Shown piece after piece: positions 1 to 12,315 of a stretch of DNA of 64,000 bases. The translations under genes were made by a program, and so were the position numbers. Below the pieces are notes generated by a model. The model ran no database searches. It saw nothing but the letters and a program-made list of their open reading frames with translations, and was not told the DNA's origin. How positions within the stretch are numbered: the stretch's first letter is position 1; every line of letters begins with the position of its first letter. Origin of the DNA: Sphagnum compactum (Eukaryota); the NCBI GenBank assembly GCA_965153455.1, contig OZ234493.1:33966213-34030212 (forward strand), written 5' to 3'.

Positions 1-292
1 GTTCGTTTGTTTGTTTTCGTTCTGGTCTCGCGAGGAAGAGGTGGAGTTCTTGAAGGCTTAGGAAAAAAATAGACACCAGAAAAAGAAGGTTTAGAGCTCT
101 TTTGTCGGATCTTGATAGGAGAAAAGAGTTCTTGAAATTTTGCGCAATCAGATTTTGTTTGCCCCTGAAGGCCGTTTTTTCAGTGATGCTGGTTTTGTTG
201 TTGTTTTTTTCTTTCTTTCTTTAGAGAAGCGGAGGCGGTTTTAAGCTTTGGTTTTGAGTGCGCTGGGAAATCCTGGTGGCATTTTATTGTAG

Positions 293-3200
293 TTGGAAAC
301 ATACCGTATGATACAAGAGAGGAGCCAGCTTGTACACATCTGCGAAGAAGTCGGCCCTGTTGTGAACTTTCGGTAATGCGCTAGTCTCTTTCTTTCCTCT
401 CTTCTATTGTTCTTTGCTTCTGGTTCTCTACAGCCAAGCTAGTTCTCTTTGTGGATAGATTACCAAGAGCTCAAAACGAGGTTCTTTGTTTTGCAGCAAC
501 GTGAACGATGAACCAGTGCTCTTTTTTCATTGAAGCTGAAGGATAGGAGGAACTCATTATTGGCAATTTTTCTTTTGTTTTCTTGCCCAGACTGGTATTG
601 GACAGGGAAACTGGAAAGCCAAAAGGCTATGGTTTCCGTGAGTTTAGGGATGAGGAGACAGCTTTGAGTGCACGGCGCAATTTGCAGGGTTATGAGGTCA
701 ATGGACGGCAGCTCCGAGTGGACTTCGCCGAGAATGAGAAAGGAGGGATTGGTGTGCAAAATCAAGACCAGGTGCTTCTGCTGCCTTTGTTGTCATACAT
801 TGTTCACTGTTGAAGATTCTGCAATGCATTCTGTATGGATTCTATATGCATGCTGTGAATTTGTGTTCATATCAGGCCTGAGGTGTTCTCTTGGCAATCT
901 CAATTTGCAGTCATGTTTAAAGTTTCTAAGCAGTTGCAACACATTGCAGACCCTAATCTCTACTATAATTGTTGTAAGCAGCACTGGTTATATTTCCATG
1001 GTAGTCATCTCTCTTACTGATGAGATTCTTCAGAGTTTCACCTAAGCATTCAGATTTAGGGTGTTCTTTGGATTTGCAGAAGCAGGTTGGACAGGGTCTG
1101 CTACCATCAGGTGCTGTCACTGTCAGTAAGGTTCTTGACTTGTTCAATTGGTTGTTCCTAGATTTCTTCAATTGCTAGAATCCATCGTCTGGCAAACTAC
1201 TACTTGACAGTCTGCAACAACAGCCATTTAAACTCTTCACAGCTTAACAGTTTTTAAAATAATTGCATGTGCCGTCAAGAGTTCCATCATGCTTTCTGGT
1301 TCCATCAAGCTTTGTTGGACTTTATCTTTTTAAATAGTGTTGTCACTGCTTTGTAAGTGGACAATGACAGAGTCCCCTGATTTCATGGAGGGGAGGAAGA
1401 AATGTACCAGCATGTGCTTGAGGTGTTGGGTGTATTTATTTTTTCCGCAGATCTACTGAGGCAAGTAGGGACAGGACAGACCAGAGTTGGGATTGTGGGA
1501 GAGAGAGCTGGTGAGCTGCCAGTAGGGCAATCTGTTGCTGTGGCAGCAGCTTGTATCATGGCAGGTGCTTTGGGAGGCAACCAACAGCAGGTGCAGCTTT
1601 TGTCTTTTAAATTGCTGTCTCTTTTGAATTGTGAAGCATGCAGTGGTCATATGGTGAGTGTTGAATGTCATCTGCTGTTTGTAGTATCATTAATTAAGAC
1701 CGTTCTCCTGTATATAGTATGGCCCAAATGTGAACGGACATTCTATGCCCATGGCCAATGGGGGCACAGGCATAGGGAGCAATGATGCTCTGTCCAATAA
1801 CTTGGCTGGCATGTCCAAGCACCAGCTGTACGAGGTTATGGTGCAGATGAAGGTGCATTCTACTTTCATACTCCCTCGTCACATTAACAAACCTGCAGTC
1901 TGTTTGGACTTTGACTTGCACTAGGTTTATCTATACTGTGCTACACCATGACCAGAGTTGTTCTGAACTTGTGGTGCAGATGCTGATACAGCAAAACCAA
2001 CAGCAAGCACGCCAAGTTCTCATAGCCAATCCTCAGCTTACAAAAGCTCTCTTCCAGGTTCTCTCATCTAGGCCATGTGCCCTCCTGGCAGACCAAATAA
2101 ACTTTTCTACTTGTGTTTTGGCTGTCCTTTAGCAGGGTGGATTTGACAAATTTGCAGTTTGTCAGGGATGGTGTACACTTAGATATGTGAGTGGTTGCAG
2201 GATGTTGTGCAACTTAAATATCCAAGTGAGTGGAGGATGTTTCATCTAATGTCATAATGCATCAGCAAAGAAGAACATCCTGAATTCTTTTTGGGTGGCA
2301 TTTCATCTGTATAATGGTGCAGGCACAGATTATGTTGGGAATGGTTCGTCCTCCTCAGATGGTAAGCCACCTTTGCATTTATTGTTATCCTGGTTAAACC
2401 TCATGCAAGGGTTGCCAGATTGCCGTGTAACTTCTCTATGCTCCAAGAGCCAGTGTGTTTTGCTCCACATTGGAGTACAAATAGTTACGTACACCAGTTT
2501 TATATAATGACAAGCATTCTTGTCTTTGATATGAAGTCCTATACAGTTTTAGCATCCATTGAAAATTGCCTGCAGAGTCAGGTACATCCAACCATGCAAG
2601 TGTCACAACCCCACCAGCAGCAGGGGCCTACTTCAAATTCTCCGACTATCTTGATGCAGCAACCTCCTCTGCTGCCACAGCCTAGACCTGTTGCTGCACA
2701 TTCATCAGCTGTACCTGGTCAGCCCCAGCGAACCACCCAACTCCAACAATACAGTTTGCAGCCTATGCCAGCTCAACAGCAGCTTCTTGCACAACCACCA
2801 TTCCAGGTATCTTGCAAAAGTAGTGACCAGGGCTTTATCTCACACCAACCTGAGGCCATGTGCCCAGCACTGTTTCTGGTCAACTCTCAAGTGCAGTGTC
2901 AACTAGTTTGAACAGACAAGTAACTGATTTTGAACCTGACTTGGGATCCTTTCACATGCTACTGTTTTCAACCAAACTTTGTGTTTTGTCAGAACTCTTA
3001 GGGGTAGTCCGGGACTTGAGCTTAGTGACCCTTATTGGCTCCCTCCATACATACCTTCTTGCCTGAACCAAATGACAATGTTTTGATCAGCAACAAGGAG
3101 GCATGGTTCAACAAGGGGTGGCCATGGCATATCCACAACAGGGCTTACTACCAGCTAACCGGCCCCTACTTCAGCAACAGTATCAGGTATCACAACTCTT

Positions 3201-4428
3201 GACCTGCAGAAGTGATCTCTCTTTCCAGTTCAGAGAAGTTGAACTTTTTCTAGCTTGTAATGTGATCTATAGGTGCCATACCCCTATTTACGTACACCTT
3301 CCTGGACTGACTATCTCATAGCTATATAAGAAAGTGGGTGCTACATGGTCTGCACTTTTGGGTTGGGGCGTTTGTTCTGTATCAGTTCATGTATTGCTGT
3401 AGGAATTTTGATGCTATTTGCCATCAGATTCCTGGTGCCAGGACTCAGTCATTTAGGTTGTAAAATGCCATTGAGATTGTACTGCTATACCTACAGGGAG
3501 TTGTGTGGCGTATGTGCTGCAGATGATGCAACCAAATATTGGACGGATGGGTGTTGATATGGGTTCTGGAGTATCGTCAATTGGCCAAGGCAGCATGTCT
3601 AGTGGGACTGGGCGAGTTATGCCTGCTGGCCCTGGGATGGGACCTGGGGTCACTTCTCAAACAGGGAGAGGGCCTAGCATGACACAGTCAGGACAACAAA
3701 TGGTTGGCATGGTTGCAGGTTTGCCAATGAACCAGGCCGCACCATCTTCAGCTGGATCTGTAGGTGGAATGCCTGGTGGCAGTATGCATGGTATGGGGCC
3801 TATGGTGATGTTGGCAGGTGGCCATGCAATGGGAGGGGTGAACCAAGGTGTTCCTATGGGTATCAGAGCGCCCCTGCACCCAGGGATAGGGGCACTTGAC
3901 AGTAACTCAAGGCACACTTATGGGGCTCCTAGCCCTGGTGTGGCTATGGATGGGGGTTTAACTGCTGGGTCTGGCATGAAGCCTCAGGGATATGGGCAAG
4001 CTGCACATCCAGTGCCACCATCCCAACAACAATCTCAGGTATTCTTTCTCAGAATATCAAGAATACCAGAAATTTCTGCTTGTAATGCTGATATTGTCTC
4101 TTGCCAATTGAAAGCAGCAGAGATCTGCTGAACAGGGCCTGCATTGCTGTCTTTCCATTGTTCATTTTGGACGTGTTAAAGAAACAATTGGTACCAGCCA
4201 TTGTTGAATCTCCCTATGAGAAAAGGATTGGTGAATTCAGAGAAAGATTGTGTACTGTGTCAATGTGACGTTTGGAAAATGATGTATTGCAACCAGGTAC
4301 CAGGAGAGCTGGAGCAACAAAAGGCATTGCTGCAGCAAGTCCTGAGTCTCACACCTGAGCAAATCAACTCCTTGCCCCCTGATCAGCGCCAACAAGTACT
4401 GCAGCTACAGCAAGCCTTGCGTACTTGA
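293..4428 (+). CDS. CSTF64: Cleavage stimulation factor 64 kDa subunit (CstF-64/RNA15 family): RRM, hinge, Q/P/G/M-rich linker and C-terminal domain. 5'-partial, with an apparent +1 frameshift in the first visible exon.
   Basis: GT-AG exons read by eye: 293-372, 591-771, 1080-1110 (or -1125), 1451-1590, 1718-1852, 1980-2057, 2323-2361, 2576-2806, 3091-3186, 3523-4038, 4297-4428 (TGA). Motifs: [47 protein letters not shown]; hinge [17 protein letters not shown]...[55 protein letters not shown]. The window begins with GTTCGT, a plausible donor of the preceding intron. Confidence 0.93.
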
Positions 4429-6439
4429 TCAGCATCAAGCAATTTTGTGATCTTATGGTAGTTTTTGAATTCCGGAGGCAGATTAATGTAGCAGCAAGTA
4501 CCTCAACAGTGGCAGAAGAGTCTGGCCAGTGATTTTTCAGAGTGGGCGATGTGTTGTGGATATCTTGCAGAGTGTAAAGTAGAATAGGAACACCAGACTA
4601 AAGCATCTTTGTTGTGGCATCTGTGAAGATGATGGGAATTTAGAAGTTCAGGTTCTTGCTCTATACATTCTGAAGGGAGTTTCTCAACTGTTCAACCTCT
4701 ACTTTTCAAAACATAACTTTGGAGCTTTTCAAGTTGCATCCAGATCTAGTTCCAACTTAACTTTGTGTTTGGTGAGTGTCAGGGATATAAGGGCCAAGTG
4801 TGGTTTTTGTCACAAGGTACTATGTTCCTGGCCTTAACACTTGCCGTTAACTGCTCACTGAATCACACATTCTGATGCTTGATGACATGATTTTGTTTTG
4901 TACTTCCAGTTTTGGCAGGGTTGAAATTTGCATGGGATTCCTAGTAGTATACTGATGAATCATATTCATAGTTTGAATGAACGTGCGATAGTGAGATGTT
5001 GAAGAAAGACTTGCATGAATACTTACTACTAATTCCTTTTCTTTCTGTAAGCTCCCTGTGAAGTCAAGTGCAGACGTTTTCATTGTCCTGCAAGTAGTCA
5101 TCGGTTTGCGACCTACCAGCTGTAAGACCTACTTTGGCCTGATCCACTGTTGCTGGTTTTTAAAGTTAGAGTTTCTCATTACTTTTCACTTAGCAATGCC
5201 ATGTTTAGGAAATTTTGTTTTCTAATAGCTTTTTGGCTCCAGTTGAAGGACTGGACTGATGGTAGAACATTAGGCTATTGGAAACTATTAGAAAACAAGC
5301 AAAGCAAGTAACACTAAGTGTTTCATGAAAGGATGCAGTTGTTGAATGTCTCTCATCAGCTCCAAACAGAAAATTATAATAATGACTTCTGAAGTTTTGT
5401 AACAATCGAAACTCAAATTCTTTGTGCAGAAGAAAATGAAAACTATTCAATATTTCTGCGATATATATATATAATTTTTTAACCTCAACAGAATTGTTGT
5501 CTAATTGTTTACTTAACTGTACTAACCTAGCCATTAGCTTATAAGCTATCACTGAATGCTTAATGCAACCATCACTTTTAAACCTTAGGTGCTATTATTT
5601 AACCCTAACCTAATTACAACAAAGATGTGAATATTATTCATCCCTTTGATGAATGATTATCATTTTTTTATAATGGGGATTATAAATGAATATTATTTAT
5701 TTTTAACATGAGAAAGAAATATTCCATCAGCTTTGGGAATCAAAAATAAAGTAAATTTTTTTTTAAAAGCACTTTTCTTTCCTGAATATTTTTTTTCCTA
5801 GTTTGAATATGGTTATTAATTTCCAACATGAGGTTTGCCACATGTTGGACCTCCTTGGTAGCTTGCATGTTTGCTAGTATTTAGCTTTGATCATGGATGA
5901 AGCAATTGTGGTCATTAGTTGTTGTTATAGAAAATAACTGTGGGCTCCTATCATGAATGCTTAAAACCCTATAATAAATCTTGTATATTATTTGAAATTT
6001 TTGACCCAATTTACACCATGATATGCAACCATCTCTTTAAACGATATTCCATTCCTTCAAATCATAATCTGAATTGAAATGTATTTTGTAAATACTAAAA
6101 AACATTGGATGGTTTGTCAATGATTCAGGAGTTGCACAATTTACGAAAAAAATTGTTTGTTTACAATGTTTGGGTTTGCGGTCAGTTATGTCCGCAACTG
6201 ACATGTCTTATGGAGGATGTTTGCAATGATGACCAACAAAATCACTAATGAAATTTACTAGATTTTAATCTTTAGAAGCCACAAAATGCATTGGTTGGTA
6301 ATTATTGGTAGGTATGAATTGTAAAGGGAAACTTGGTTCAAAAACTTTCAAGACACAATTGTCATGCATGGATTAGAACATTTGTTGCAAATGACAACAT
6401 CCTCCGTGATGTGGATGTCAAACAAAAACCCAATGAAGA

Positions 6440-8620
6440 TGCAACAAATCTCCCTTTACCAAAATTAACATTCATTGATTTTTGCAAATTGTCTTTATGA
6501 GGATGGGCCGTTTCTTACATTTTCAACAACCAAATCTTTAGGTTCTACTAGTGTGCCATTGACTTCTTGTGCTTCTAGCTCCCAATTTGTCATGGAACCT
6601 TCAAGAACATTAGTGGCTCCCAAATCATCCAATCTACTTAGTGTCAACGATTACTTCAAATGAATTGATTTTCACCCTAAATGAATTGAAGACATTGAAC
6701 TATGACATTTCAACGTACAAAATTTCCCCTACCTTCCATTGAATTTTGATAGTCACATTATGTTTAAACTTTTGCTACTACATCCACCAAGAAGGCATTC
6801 TCGTCAAATGCATGGAATGGATAGGAAGTATGATGGTTGTATGCTTGGTGCAAATTGAAAATGATCAATATTTAATAATGATTTTGGATTGGGTTTTCAA
6901 AGTAATAGATGTTTGGGCCACTTGCATTGTAGAAAGAACACTTGCAATGAGTTTGTTCGGTCTAGTGCTTGCAATGAAGTCACATGGAGTGGCAACTTAA
7001 TTCGACTTCCCATTGTGGGACATTATATTTAAGGTTTTCCCATTTGCATAATTGGTTACAAATTTTATGGTGTTACGCCTTTTCTAAGTGGCGACATGCA
7101 AATGCCACATCTATTATGTTGTCCACAAACTAGACACATTTTCAAGAGTAACAATTCACCTTGGACATATGTTCATTGTCCCAACCCCACTTTGAGCAAA
7201 GTGTGAAGATGCAACTCACACTCCCAAAGTTGGGGACTTGGAGTCCTCCGGGGCTCCCAAAAATTTAGAGTTCGATTGCAGTTGTCAAAACACCTCGCAT
7301 TGAGGTGTTCTTTATATCAATGGAAAGGTCTTGAAGTGTAGATGTCGAAAATGGCCTCGCATGGGCCATTTGGACATCTGCAGCCCAAATTATGGGCAAA
7401 AGAAGGGCCGGGAGTCAAACTGGCAGTTTGACTCCCGACCACTAAAAGTTGGGAATCGACTTGATCCCGGTGTGTGCAGGTAGAGTGCGACACACCGTTG
7501 GAAAGCTCTCGAGGAGGGCTACAACTTTGGTTCAGACCTCACTCCTCACTCCAATTGGAGGTCTGAGTCAGGAGATATGAGTTCCCAAAGTCCCGGGAAT
7601 CCAAACCGGGACAGTTTCGGGACTCCTCCTTGGGAGTCCCGGAAAAAAGTGCCATTCGGATGTAGCCTTGGCGGAGAGCTGCAGAGAATACTATATGGGG
7701 GAAGGTGGTGGCTTCCCCCGAGTCCGGGCCGTGGTGAGTCAAGTGAGTCCAAGGTTGCCCGTGGCTTGTCCTAGCACCAAAGTGATCCAGAAAATGGTCT
7801 AACCAACTTGTGGTTGGTTTTGATGCAAATTTGAGTAAGTGAAAAGCTTGTCACTCTTCCTAGTCCATCCCGAGGCTTCAGCACGACCCTCTACCCCTCT
7901 TAGTGCTGAAGGCTGGGAGCGTGCCCCGAGTCCCTCCCTTTTCCGCAAGTTGAACAAGTTAGCCCAACTTAGGACTAACTAGGGACTTGGGAGCACGTCA
8001 TTCATCCAATTTAAGACAACATGTCTAAGGAGGTTGTGCAAGAGATCAAAGTCATGGTTGAAGGAGAGGTTATTCACACACTTGGTGTAAAAAACTCTAT
8101 AATTGTTTTGTTTGTGAGTAAGGCATTTATGTCCCAATACCTATTTAATGAGGATGGCGACAACTTGGTGGAGTTTCTGAAAGGCGAACAACTTAACAAT
8201 GTGATGGACAAATTCATTCCCTTGCAATCTCCTAACATTTTCAACTTCATAACATCATTTAAACACTATCCTACCAATAGGGGTTACATTGAAGACATAT
8301 TTTTACTAAAGTTTAGGACTATTACAACTACATTCAGTATAATTGCTTTTGATAACAAATGTCTAATGAAAAGGTGTTCCTATTCAAGATGTATGTCAAT
8401 GGTTGTGGTAGCAATGTGGATTTATTCAAGTAGATGCAACATGGTGGTGATCTAGAAAATGCATGGATGATGTTCAATCATGTCAAATGTGTAGAGGGAT
8501 GGACCACTATGGCATGCCATGTTTATGGCCCGATTTATTGTAAAATCATGACCATAGTTGTTTGTGACATGCAATTAAAATCCACAAAAACCTAATGTGT
8601 TTTGTGGATGAGACCTAACA
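6440..8620 (+). mobile_element. Degenerate DNA-transposon coding remnant (Mutator-like) with a GCM/WRKY-type zinc finger, interrupted by a solo LTR
   Basis: Frame-broken translation GMDRKYDG..AWCKLKMINI..NDFGLGFQSNRCLGHLHCRKNTC...TCKCHIYYVVHK..RVTIHLG.(H).HP (6810-7176 plus 8006-8010). Then WMMFNHVKCVEGWTTMACHVYGPIYCKIMTIVVCDMQ (~8464-8575), resembling the start of a MULE-type catalytic domain. Boundaries are approximate. Confidence 0.55.
7177..8000. mobile_element. Solo LTR (824 bp) with 5-bp TSD TTCAT
   Basis: Starts TGTC and ends GTCA. TTCAT at 7172-7176 and 8001-8005. GC-richer than its flanks and homologous along its length to 32685-33503. Confidence 0.9.
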
Positions 8621-10215
8621 AGGTAATGTTGAATCAGGATAAAACATAGCCTAATCCAAAAAAGATCAAGGTTATCACAAGATCTTTTTTTGTATTAATA
8701 AATTTCCGTAACTTTCCAATTCCTACATATGTGTCCAATGTTTGAGCATTTCTTGGACTAAAAGGGTAATATACAAAAACTATGTGAAGGGTTATTTTCA
8801 CATAGCAATCCCGTTGTTTGACCTAACCAAAAGGAATGTTGTTTTAAACTGAAACCCTAATTATCATAATGTTTTAAACCTACTGAAGGATGCGTTAGTT
8901 TTAGCTTTGATTCTAGTAAGACCAAATTTTATTAAGGCATTTATTTTGGATGTAGATTAGTCTATTCGTGGAATGGGAACATTCTTATCTCAAAAGGATG
9001 GGAGAAATGAGCAAGTGATTATGTATGCCAACAAAAGGTTCTCCCATATGCAAAAGAAGTTCCACCCTATGGAAGGTGAATGTTACATGCTAGTATGGGG
9101 CATCTTGCATTTTCGACAATATTTATATAGCAACCATTTCATGTTCAGGACATACCACAAGCCCCTATAGTGGTTGGTTACTATTTCAAATGCCTATGGG
9201 AGGAGGGATAGATGGATTGTTACAATCCAAGATTTTAATTTCAAAATTTTGCACCAAGTAGGATCTAGACACACCAATGTGGCACTAAGGCAAAATCCTA
9301 TTGATGTTGCTGAAGAAGATGAAGACTCGAAGGATGACATCTAAGACTTCAAGCTATTGCAATAAAACCTACCATTGGAGAAGACCATTTGGACTTAAAC
9401 AAAAGAAGCTCCAAGATGGGAGTGGTACTATAAGACTTGGGGAATTGTGGGTTATTAAATCATCTATTTATGGTGAAGCAAAAGAAACTATGGAGGTGGA
9501 AGCTCATGCAAATCATGTTGGGGTCAAGACCAACACCATAACATAATTTAATTTGAATACTTTTGACAAACAGGAAACAAACATTTTGAAGAGGAATAGG
9601 TTGGAGCTCTAGGATGTCAAGACTCATTGGTAGTTAGTGGAAGAGGCTCAAGTTCTTGTTGATGATGAAGATGGGTAAGAGATGTTTGAAGAAGATAGTG
9701 ATTAGGAACATTTAAAAGCATGGAAATTTGGGAAAATGAATTGAACAAATTATTGTTGAATGGGAATCAATTGTTTTTTGAATGCAATGAAAAGGAAAAG
9801 GCTAGGGTTAACAAGTGCATTTTACATTACTACCAAAGTAATGATCGCCTATTGTTCAAAAGGTTAGTAATGCCACGTGACATGAAGAGCATCAACAAAT
9901 TATCCTTGATCTACACAACAAAATTGGTCATTTTGGTGAGGGGAAATTGTTGATAGAAATCAAAAAAGATATTTTGGGCACATCAAAACTAGGGAAGTAA
10001 CATTCGTTGTCCGTTCCTATAAACATTGTCAAACAGTGGTAGATAAGATAGTAAGCCCATGTTTTAGTGTTTTTACTAACCTTTCAACCATACCATTGCA
10101 TGGACAAGACTAGGACAAATAGTTACCTATAAATCTATTTGGATACAAATGTGGGATGCAAACAAGTGTCAAGTTTTCTCTACACATGATATTAACTGAC
10201 GAATTCCTAGATTAA

Positions 10216-11840
10216 TGAAGGAAGGATGAAATAAATCTTTGCTAGGATATAGAAAGTTACAATTGAAATGATACATTTATAACTCTTAAGATTGTAAAGG
10301 ATATAACCTTTAGGTTGTGGAAGTATAAATAAAGATAAGTTGAAAGACAAATTAAGTGAAAACTAGACAACAGAAGAGAAGAACCTTAAGATGTAATTGA
10401 AGCCCAAGGGGGGACACTAGTAAAAAAAAGTAAAAAATACGTGAGTAAAAATATAAGGTGCAATATATTGGTTGTTGGGTAGAAATTATAAGTTAATTGG
10501 TTTAAAAATAGGGTACATTTTATTCAAATAATCAATTTGACTATAATATAAGGTATGTAATAATATGTAATAATGGATTATAATTAATATAAGGTGGAAT
10601 TAATATGTATGTATTAAAAAAATAAGATAATAATAGGGTGATAAAAAATATGTTGAAATTTTATTTAATACCCCCTTTAAAATGGTCGTTTGATGCACGC
10701 AAATCTTAAACTTTACATTAAGTGTCCCCCCCTTGGGAATTGAAGTTTCTATTTCATAATGCATTCAACATTCAATGATTTGGTTCTATATAATTTCCAA
10801 CCTGGTATCAGAGTGAAACATAAATTCAAATCTACTTATAGATTATAATGCACGAAGTATAATTTTATGATTTACAATTAAATGTGAAAGGAATCATTAA
10901 TAAGAATGTAATCCACAAATAATTGCATTGACCTTAGTCACGTTCCTAAGTTTGATGGGACATATTTTCATGTGTGGAAGCATAGATTAATGTTATTACT
11001 CAAAATAAAGAAATTATGGACTTTTGTAGTAGGGATAGAGGTAAAACCAATGACTCCAACAACAACATAGATTGCTGGAAGAATGCTGATGCTTCCAATC
11101 ATAGGAATTAAAAGTATTGCTCATTGGCAAGAAAGATAATTTTTCATCCTTCATAATTAATAATTGTTTGGATAATAACATTGTGTCCCATGTATAATCA
11201 AGTACATAAACCTATGATGTTTAGGATTATTATATTATATGAATCTAAAGATGTAATCATTAAAACGTACTTAAGAAACAAACTTCAAACATTGAAGATG
11301 AGTGAAAATGAAAGTGTCAGAAAACACATACACATTTAGGTCATTATTATAACAATTATTTGTTGTTAGATCACTAGTGGCAAATGAAGTGTTGTATTAT
11401 CTTTGATGGGAAACATGCCCATAAATTACAGAACATTTATAATCTCATTTAAACCTAATGCTAAATGGTTATAGACTTCTTCACCAAAAGCATTCCAAAA
11501 GAAAAACACAACTACTATCTACAAGAGTTAGGACTTGGGAACATTGTGGGAACTCCTCAATTCTTAAAGAAGGAAAACCCTAAATCAACTAATAGAGAAT
11601 TAGTGGGAGTGAAGGAAGGATAAAATAAGTCTCTATTAAGATATAGAAAGTTACAATTAAATGGATACGTCTATAACTTTTAAGATTGTAAAGGATTGTG
11701 GAAATGTAAATAGAGATAAGTTGAAAGACAAAATAAGTAAAAACCAGATAGTAGAATATAATAGCCTTCAAATGTAATTGAAGCTTCTGTTTCATAATGC
11801 ATCCAACATTTAGTGATTTGGTTCTATATAAATTCCAACA
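10216..11840 (+). mobile_element. Small internally deleted Ty1/Copia element (gag remnant only) with TSD ATTAA
   Basis: 5' LTR 10216-10802 (contains a MITE) and 3' LTR 11610-11840 both start TGAAGGAAGGAT and end TTCCAAC(A/C). PBS TGGTATCAGAG (tRNA-iMet) at 10803-10813, purine-rich PPT before 11610, ATTAA at 10211-10215 and 11841-11845. Gag N-terminus VPKFDGTYFHVWKHRLMLLLKIKKLWTFVVGIEVKP at ~10940-11050. Confidence 0.9.
10403..10737. mobile_element. 335-bp MITE with TIR CCCAAGGGGGG(G)ACACT and 8-bp TSD AATTGAAG
   Basis: TIRs at 10403-10418 and 10721-10737. AATTGAAG at 10395-10402 and 10738-10745. The 3' LTR of the host element has the empty site (TGTAATTGAAGCTTCT). Confidence 0.9.
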
Positions 11841-12315
11841 ATTAAAAGCTAACAATTTTTTTAATCTTTTGGTGCAAGCTTTTGAAAAAGAGGATGGTCC
11901 AATTGTTAAGGTTGAGCAAATGATCAATAAGATGTAGCTTATTGCTAGGATGCATGGAAAAGTTACTAAGAATGTCAATTAGGCATAATCAAACAAAGTG
12001 GGCTTATGCATCAACAAAATGAAAGCATATGTTTTTTGGGGTTTAAAGAAGGAACAACTTATGTGAAGATGAAAAGACTTGGGAAGAAAAAGTCTTTGGC
12101 ATCTAGTTGGGAAAAACCTTGTTTTTTGTTTGTGAAATACTTTGATGGCAATGGTTATATGGATCAAGATGAAGGAGGAAGGGTTTCTGTGGTCAAAGGC
12201 AAGGAATAACAACTCTTGAATAGGTTTCGGAGGGATTTGTAGTTGTTCCATATATTTCATTGTGTGTTGTGAAGACTAAGGCACCCAATTTAAATTATAA
12301 GGGAGATGTTACATT

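Larger units (their letters stand above)
8630..12300 (+). mobile_element. Ty3/Gypsy pol remnant (RT connection, RNase H, integrase), interrupted by a Copia element
   Basis: AFLGL..Y..NYVKGYFHIAIPLFDLTK; FILDVD.SIRGMGTFLSQKDGRNEQVIMYANK...EGECYMLVWGILHFRQYLY...RTYHKPL. Integrase-like sequence at ~10100-10215 resumes at 11846 after the Copia insertion. Many stops and frameshifts. Confidence 0.85.
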
